From: Promethearchaeota archaeon
GTDB taxonomy: Archaea; Asgardarchaeota; Lokiarchaeia; Sigyniarchaeales; SOKP01
Direction: 5' to 3'
NCBI GenBank assembly: GCA_019057795.1
Contig: JAHLWS010000077.1
Coordinates: forward strand, 64,001 to 128,000
DNA length: 64,000 nt
This document shows, in pieces, positions 27,801 through 36,800 of the stretch (positions are counted from its first letter, which is position 1; each line of letters starts with the position of its first letter). A model generated the notes under the pieces. It was not told the origin of the DNA and ran no database searches. It saw only the letters and a program-made list of their open reading frames with translations. A program made the position numbers and the translations under genes.

Positions 27801-30800
27801 TTCGTTTATGTATATAACCGCCGAATACGACTCTATTTTACTGCGATATCCAATGGGCCATACTCCGTTCAATTACGACTATTTAGGACCTGATCATTAT
27901 GCTTACCATATCGCTTTATATATCAACGGTGAATTTATCGCTTATTCAAATGAAACGGTATTTAACGATTACGTGTTAAAAGTTGAAGATAATTATATTT
28001 ATTTCAATAATAAATCACAAGGACAGCCAGGGTATATCGCTCCTAATAGTGAAATTCAACTTATATATAAATTTAAAGTTCAACCTGGGTTACTTGATAG
28101 AAAGCATTTCCTAATTGTTACCTATCCGTGGACCAATGTTTTTGATACACCATACAATCCGATTGTACCTGATGATCAGATAACTTATAGAGAAAAATAT
28201 AGAAAGCTAAGCGGAGGCTCCATTATTTCGCCCTTCGAATATAGTTTATCCATTGAAAATAGATACAGTCTTTATCTAAGCTACCGCCTAAATGAAAGAG
28301 AATATTACGAAGAAAAATTTGAAATAAGTTCTGAATACTATAAATCCAGCAAAGATGGCTATGTGTATAATTTTATAACACAACAACTCGACAACTATGT
28401 GGATGTTCTGGAGTTAGATGGTGAAAATTCGATAAATGTTTATTATTTCGATACACTAGGAAATATGAAATTCTTAGATCCATCCCAGTATGTAGTTAAT
28501 ATTGCCTTACGCGAAATTATTATCAAAAACGATGGCAATCTTTTAGTAAAATCTAATAAAATCTCAGAATTTTACATATCCTTTATTCCAAAAAGCAATG
28601 ATAAAGAATTTGCTGCATATCGCTTCTCCTATGATCCTACAGAAACCATAACACTAACCATGGATATGACCTATTGGGATATCATTGGTTTAGAGGGATT
28701 AGATGTAATTCCAAATTTAGATGCATATTATTTCCTAAATGAACATGAATCAACAATAGGAAATACCGTGTGCCATGCTTCTCAAGTGGCAGCATACCTT
28801 AGCGAAGGGTATGAGTTAGAGTTTAATATTATAGGTGAATTGGGAGGGTTTGACCAGGAGTTAAATAATGGAATTCATAATGGTGAATATCTTGCTTTCT
28901 ATATTGATACAAATATAAAAAATATCGAGAGTTTAGAATACCTTACTATTGAGGTTCATAACAATTCAGGGAAAATGTCTAAATTTTCTAAAAACATGAC
29001 CCGCGAAGAGTTAGAGATGGCTGATTTCACCATAAAAATAGATTTACCAACTGAGTCAAATACTCTACAAAAAATCAGGTTTATTCCTCATTTTAGAGAA
29101 GATAATGAATATTCTATTGATAATACTCAAGGGATTTCCCGAATGCAAACAATTCAGTGGGCTACCGAGCAAGTTATTGTTCTAGAGGACGGTCAAGAAT
29201 ATATGCCTATAACCTTAGACCATGATCTAAAGACAGAGCTAAACGGATTTGAATTAGCATATGTGTATAATGATAAATTGCAATATTTGACCTTCCCAGA
29301 AGGCTTTGCTCTTTCCTATAATTATGACGAAATCACAGAATCTTATAGATTTCTTATACCAACTGTATATACTAATCCAGATACGCATGAAATAGTAGAA
29401 TTTAAGGAAGAACAATTACTCTTAATTCGATATAATTCACCTGTGAAAAGAGGGATTGCTATTGGTATTGGTAAAATGTATTTTGAACATAAAGGGTATA
29501 ATTATGATGCTCATCTAGATATTCCCAAAGCGGAACTCTTATTAGTTAATGCAGATTCAGAAAAAGCATGTTCTGAATTTACAAGCGACTATTATTATCA
29601 AATACCAATAGAATTAACTCCATTTGAGACTGAATTAAATAATAGATATAAAGCTATTAAAATTGATCTAAATCTCACATCTTTATATGAATTAACAAGT
29701 AGTACTATTCTAAACTTCAGTCATATCATATTTTCTGTACCTGATCCTTCTTACGAACTGACTGTAAATGAAGTGCTTATCTTAGAAAAATCTTATGAAA
29801 CGACAATAGAATATGGAAGCATGGACAGTCGTGTATGGCAATATACTGAAATTGAGATGTTTACTAGCAGTGCAAGTCCAGAGGAGGATTCCTATCAATT
29901 AACATTAGAAAATACACCGCTATTCCATCCTGATTCAGAATGGCTCGATTATCTCAATATATATGATGAGGATGGTAATTATTACACAGCAGGAATAAAT
30001 GGAAATGACCATCAGCTACATTATGAACCTTCCACTAATATATTCACGTGGAATAATGAATTTAACCAGTTTCCTGAGTATTTTGGCATGGAATTTCAAG
30101 AACCTTTAATAATCGAACCCAATAAGACCTTATTCTTTGAATATACAACAAATACTTCCTGGACTGAACCAGTTCGAATTAAAGTAGAAAACCTTGATCT
30201 TGAGTCAATTCGTGTTATTTATGACTACAATTATCTGCTTAAACCAGAATTTTATGATTGGTATTCCCAAGAATTTTCTATGGAGCATTCGTATGAGAAT
30301 ATTGCCTATTCGTTTAAAGAAGAAGCGGAATACAAGGTTATTCAGTATTATTATGAGTTTTTTACCGTATATACTAATACTTCTGAATATACACATACAT
30401 TTGATATTGGAGATCTTTCTTTTGAAGAAGATTTTGTGAATTTAAGCACGTATAAAGTAATTGGACTCACCCCTACGTTTGAGACCGAGATTTTAACTGA
30501 TAATACTGAGTATTCCATTGAATTTAATAAACCTTCAAAAGAAATTATAATTAACGATTTAGATACCAGTGATGGGTATTATCTGAATAAGTTTGACCAG
30601 ATTACAGTTATTATAAATTTTTCATACGCTCCAATCTCTTCTTTTACTGAGATTTTTCTTTTAGATACATTTAATCAAACATATTTAAGCGATCCTGAAG
30701 ATACTTTTTATAATTATATAGATCTTGATTATCGCTACTTAGCAATTTCAGGAGCTACATTATTTGCCGAGGGCTCTGATGTAATAACAAGCGATACTAC

Positions 30801-33800
30801 TTCGTTTACAGCAATAGATTATTGTCGAAATCCCGACATGAGCATAAATAACAAACTCATTGGCTATGGTTCAGAGCTATTTGATAATTTTGAAATTTAT
30901 AAGGATGAAAGCTCCATTATCTATGTAGCGGACATAGATATGGACGGCGAACCAGATTATAAGCATACGATTGATTTAAATGGTGATGGGATAATTGACA
31001 TTATTAAATATGGAATCAACGACCCAGAAAATCCTGAAGAAATTTATTGGTACACTATCATTCAAGATATCCATAACGAACAAGTTAAAATAGACCAACA
31101 CCTTGACGATGTGAAAAGAACAGAATGGTTTGATATTGATGATCGCACATTCGCCCAGTTTGATTTTAATGTGTTTGAGCTGATGGTATGTTTATTTACA
31201 ATGCCAACATTACTTTATTATGCTGCGAGGATGGTTCTCCCCGATGTGGACTACTGGGCTCAAAAATCAACCCAACAAGCCATTAATAAAGAGGAGCATG
31301 TTAGCTCTAACTTTTACAGCGTAAAAGTTGACGATAATCGAGATGGTATTCCAGATTCTCAAATTAATTACGAGAGGATCAGTGTCAGTATATATTATGA
31401 AGTAACTGAATATAGGAAAACTATTCTTGCCGCAAAACAACAAAATATAATTAGATATTTAAGCGAATATATCACAAAAAGCTTTAATTCATTATTTGGA
31501 GGTCCTACAGATGATGGCATATTTAATAAACATTTAACTGAAGATGTACTTGATTCTCAGGATTTTACCAGTTGTAATTTATATACTCGATTTAATGCTC
31601 CAACATTGCGGGCAACATATAGAAAATTCACACAAAACATCACTACAGCATATACAGATACTTTTGAGCAGGTAACAATCACAATTACAGATTTTGATGA
31701 TGAAGGAGAGATTGAAGAGCAAAGATTTTATAAAGATGATTTTAAGACAGGAGAGGTTGATAATGTAGAGGATTATTTCTCAGATTTATCAGCGGAGCAT
31801 TCCATCACCAATGTTGATACAGGGCAAGAAACCATGGTTTCTTTTGATCCCGAACTTCCATTTTCGCACCCTGTAAATATTAGTTGGGATACAAAAACAT
31901 GGGGACCTGATAATGTTCCTATTAAATATGATTCTTTGCAAGTTATTGGAGAAGATTATTCTTACAGTACAAATGCATTTGAAACAACCATCATTATCAG
32001 GATTCCAAATCGATTTTCCTTATATAATGATTTTGGTAAAATATCGAGATCTTCAGTGGAAAATGATGGTTGGGTAGAGTTTGAAGTGAAAGGTCTACTT
32101 ATTACTCCTCAAGATGGGAAGGTGTATTATACTTCCGATGTAGATTCCTTTATAGACGGTACAGCAAAAATAAGCGGACATTACTTTTATGTCGATTCTA
32201 ATGAAGGTAAAGACGGATTTTACGAAACCGTGTATATTTTAAGTGATACATATGTGAGACCTGATAGTTCCGGCATTCCAAAATATAATGTAATGTCAAT
32301 CGGGCTCAATTATGATTTTCTTCCTGACTTTGTCCCATATGAAAAGATAGATAAAACAGAACATGAAGTTTCCGATTTTAGTAATGTAGCAAAAGAAACT
32401 AAAATGTTTGGCGATAAATGGATATATAATTTTGCAAGACTTGAAAATTGTGAACTTTTAAAAAAAACAGAATCCAAATTGGAAAAATTCGGATTAAAAT
32501 CAAAAGATCAAATTTTTGAGATCTACAAACTTGTAGAACCAAGCGAACAAAATAGCAAGTTTTCCACGTTATTCTACGAAATCAGGCATAAGACCTATTC
32601 AAAAGCATGGGAGCAATACAGAAAGCAACTTTTAGGAGACATTGTACAACAGGTATTCATGTCCGTAGTTGCCTCAACGCTGAGTGCCGCAATCGATGCA
32701 ATCACGGTAGGCACTGGTCATCCATTAGCTACATTCACTTATTTTATGGTATATTCCTTAATGACTAAATTCTATATTGATTTACAACTTCATGAAGCCG
32801 ATTCGAAAATACGCTCCGAAACTTTCTATCCTGAATCCGCCAAAGTACGAAACCCAATTTCCCTTAATGAAAAATCACTTGGTGATAGAATACTTGGAGA
32901 TAGTATGGCTGCGGCACTTATAGGTCATCCGGGGGGGTATTATACCACCGTGAGCGGAGGAGAGCCAGGAAATCAATATACCGCACAATTATTAGTAAGT
33001 CCCCCAAACCTTGCTCGATGCTTGAATGCATTTGGCGGATTTTTGAATTTACTGGGGGAAAATTTCCTAAATATGGGAGAATCAGACCCAGACTCATATT
33101 GGGCTCTTGATTATGATGATATGAATTTGGATTTCTATTTACTTACCAGCGAATTACCATCATATAACCAGAAAAAGTATTACACCTATGAAAATACTGA
33201 TAGTCTTTTGAGCTTGTATAACTGGTATTGGGCTAATACATTAGGATATCTTGAAACACGAGTAAAAAGTGCTTCTCATTATCAATTAGATGCAATTCGA
33301 CCAACCTGTATAGACGGTGTGCCACAATATGAATTTATTGACAGTTCTTCATATGAGCAGGTACTTCTACAGTCAGTATTATATAAACCAATCGTGATAA
33401 GCAAGGAATTATACAACCAGATCAACCCTGTCCCAGGTCATCTTGTTGTACAGGTTCAGTCCAAGGATTACGATAATACAGAAGGAGTAAACGCTTACGA
33501 TTTAGAAGATCTCGAATTTAGAGCAGGATATAAGGCAAAAGTTCCCTTAAACAATCACAGTTTTGAATACCCAATTCAATACATTTCTATTGATATAATC
33601 AGAGATCATAAATATGAGGGTTCAAGTTTCATCGTTCAAAATCTCATCATCGATGACTCTTATTTTTCAATTGATTGCGGAAACCTCTATTTCACCAAGA
33701 CCATTGAACAAATCATAATAAGGAACTATGAAGGTCTTGAAGATGATTACCAGAAAGAATCTTTGCAATCCTTACAGCATATTTGGGTAGAAACCTCTCC

Positions 33801-36800
33801 TGACGCTTCCATCTATTATAATATTCATATTGTGTTTGATCTGGTTGTACCAGACACCACAGAAGAAACAACTAACTTAGCTCTATCCCAAGCGACCTTC
33901 TACACCGTAATGGACTACTTTAATCAATATGGTTATGCCCAGACCACGGCAAATATGATCTCTGAAATTGCCTACACAGAAACACTGACGTTTTGGTCAA
34001 CTCTCATCAGTGCTCCGCTGGTATTTTTCGGCTCATGGACAGTTATGGGCACAGATAAATGGATAGCTAAGTCAGGCTTAACAAAGGTTGCCGCAGATTT
34101 AGGTAAGAATGTTGCAATCAAACGAATGCTAGTTGGAGCTCTTGTATCATTTGCTACGGCCCCGCTCAAGGAAGTAGTTGAAGAAATCGTCAAGGATGGA
34201 TTTATTGAAGCCTTATGCGAGAATATTGTTGGTTTGACTCCTTTATCAGATGATGTAGGATTCTGGTTGTCCTCATTCGCAACATCCGCAAGGGAGGTCG
34301 GAGGTGCGCTCGGACAATTAGCACTCGGTGGTCCCATGACCAGTTTAAAGACTTCTATCTCCCTTCTCAAGGTACGGTTTACGGTAGATGCCGACATCCG
34401 TAAAGCAATTCGGCTAGAAATCGAGCAAGAAATAGAAACAAAGAAAGAAACCAAAAGACAAGAGGAAGAGAGTACAAGTTCGTGGAAGAAGCTACTGATG
34501 ACAGGGATTTATACGGTTATTTCATTAATCATACCAATGTGCTATTTTGGTACATTTGACCTTCTTGGGCTGACCAGATTTAAACATGCAATTAAGGATA
34601 CAATCAAGTATTCACCAAAAGCTTACGGAGAGATCAGGTCCAAGCTTGAAGCCCACCGACTTGATAAATATTTCAAAGGTAGACCGGAATATTCTGAGCA
34701 AAATATGTTTGCTAATAGATTGCAGGAAATTACAAAACAACCCGCTGATTTAGAATCTGCAAAATCCACACTTAACGATTATTTTGAGCAGCAGCCACTA
34801 GTAGCTATCCTTTCTCATATAAACTACAATCCAAAAGAAGTTCAAGCACGGCAGGAGCTTGCCAAAAAATTTAATGAAATACAACTCTCCAATTGGATAG
34901 GAGAACTTACCCAAGATTATCGCTTTGAAGATAAAAAATCTGAGTTTGAAGCTATTAGGCAAAATTTCAAAAATGTTGACTTCCAAATAGCTAAGAAAGA
35001 TATTATTTCCGCTATTAGAGACGCGCTTCAAGATAAAAAAGATCTTAGATATGTTGATATTAATGGAATTGTTATGTATGATCCTAATTTTGTGTTGGTC
35101 GGATTACCTCATTTCAATCCAGAACAAGAAATCGATATTGTTTTTAATCAACCAATTAAAGACTTTGTGAAAGATCTAAAGAAACAATACTATACAATCT
35201 CGTATGAAGTCAAACTTGCGTTAATTAAAGGTGATAAAATCATATACGTTGATGAGAACAGTAATCAACATATGACTCGATGGTTAATTGGTAATGGGTA
35301 TTCAAAAGATGAAACAGTATATATTATTCCTGTTGATAAGGATTATTACGGACCCCTTTACGAAAAGGATTATTGGAGAGGGACTGGTAATCCAAGTCCC
35401 TACGTATCCCATTTTAATAAATTTAGAGAAAAATTACAAGATTTATTATATGGTCCGCACCTAATTAGCAGAAATACTAAGACTGCAACAGATAACTTTT
35501 TCTTCAATTATAATTACTTGGAAAGCGTCGCTGCTAAAATGAAAGCAGGGACTCAATTTGATATTGAAGAAACCACACTTCTTAATATGCAAGCTCGATT
35601 TTTAAATAAGCTGGAGGAACATTATAAAGAAGGACAAATGACAGAAAGAGAGTATGTTGAGCATACCTGCGAAGTTAATGAGCTATTTAATAATCAGTAT
35701 GCTATATATGGATATATCGTAGCTAACCCATTCTACTTTGAGGGAAGGTTTAACGCTCTTAAAATTGGGGATATTTTAATGGATTATAAGATCATCACTA
35801 AAAATTCTTTAATAGGTAAAGATAGTCTTTATGAGTTCATAAAGTCCTTTGGTGGCTCGAAAAGTGCTCTAACTATGGTGAACTATAAGAAAGAAAAACC
35901 CTCTCAACATCTTTCGAAATATAGTATTCCGATGGAAAGCACATATAACAAACTGAAGAAAAGTTTTTATGATGCTGTTATGGATTATGCGAATAAGCAT
36001 AGTGAAATCACAAATGAAATAGCTAAGAAAGTAGTAGATAAAATAGATGCACTAATAAATAATTTCATTCAAGTAATAAGGGAGACGGAAACAGCTAGAA
36101 ATTTATTTAAAGGTTATAGCAGTAGTAATCCGAGGGTAGATCTTCTTATGCGTATTCAAAATTGTCATCCTGCTTTACGAAGAGTCTCGTCCCTTGAGAA
36201 ATTTTCTACGCTTTTGTTTGACGATGAGAATTTCATAAAAAATAATTTCCTTAGAAGTGGAAAGATTACAAGCCGTCCTGATCTGTCTAGACTTTATAGA
36301 ATTGCCTTTAGCGCCTTGAAATGGACTGTACTTGATTTCGATGGGCTTGTATCTGGGCTTGTATCTGAGTCCGATTTAGAAGCCATTGGGAATAATGTTG
36401 AGAACGTAATATATAAATGGATGCTTCGCAACCCCAGTGATCCATCATCACCTAATCCATGGTCATCCTATTTCACAGAGACTCCTCGTCGATTTGGAAG
36501 ACTTCAACCAAAATCATTTTTAAAACTGGAACATGAGCTAAAACAATCCTTAGTTCATGCTGCTTCCGCTTTCACTGAAGAAGACATTTCTTCTATAAAG
36601 AAATTAGCAAATGCTCTTAAAATGAGCCCTCCATCTTTTGAAAAACTGTTATCTCCAGGGTCGACCTCTGCCTCTGTAAAAGATCTTCTTAGGGCAAAGT
36701 CCACTATCGTCTCGTATATACTTGATGCTTCAATGACAGAAGAGAAACTTAAATTTTACGATAGGGCCTTAGTCAAGATAGATGAATACATAGCTACAAG

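Noticed and set aside
36343-36366. 12-bp duplication (GLVS GLVS); similar micro-duplications near 655-690 and 44047-44073
   Set aside because: In-frame slippage duplications with no evident functional meaning.
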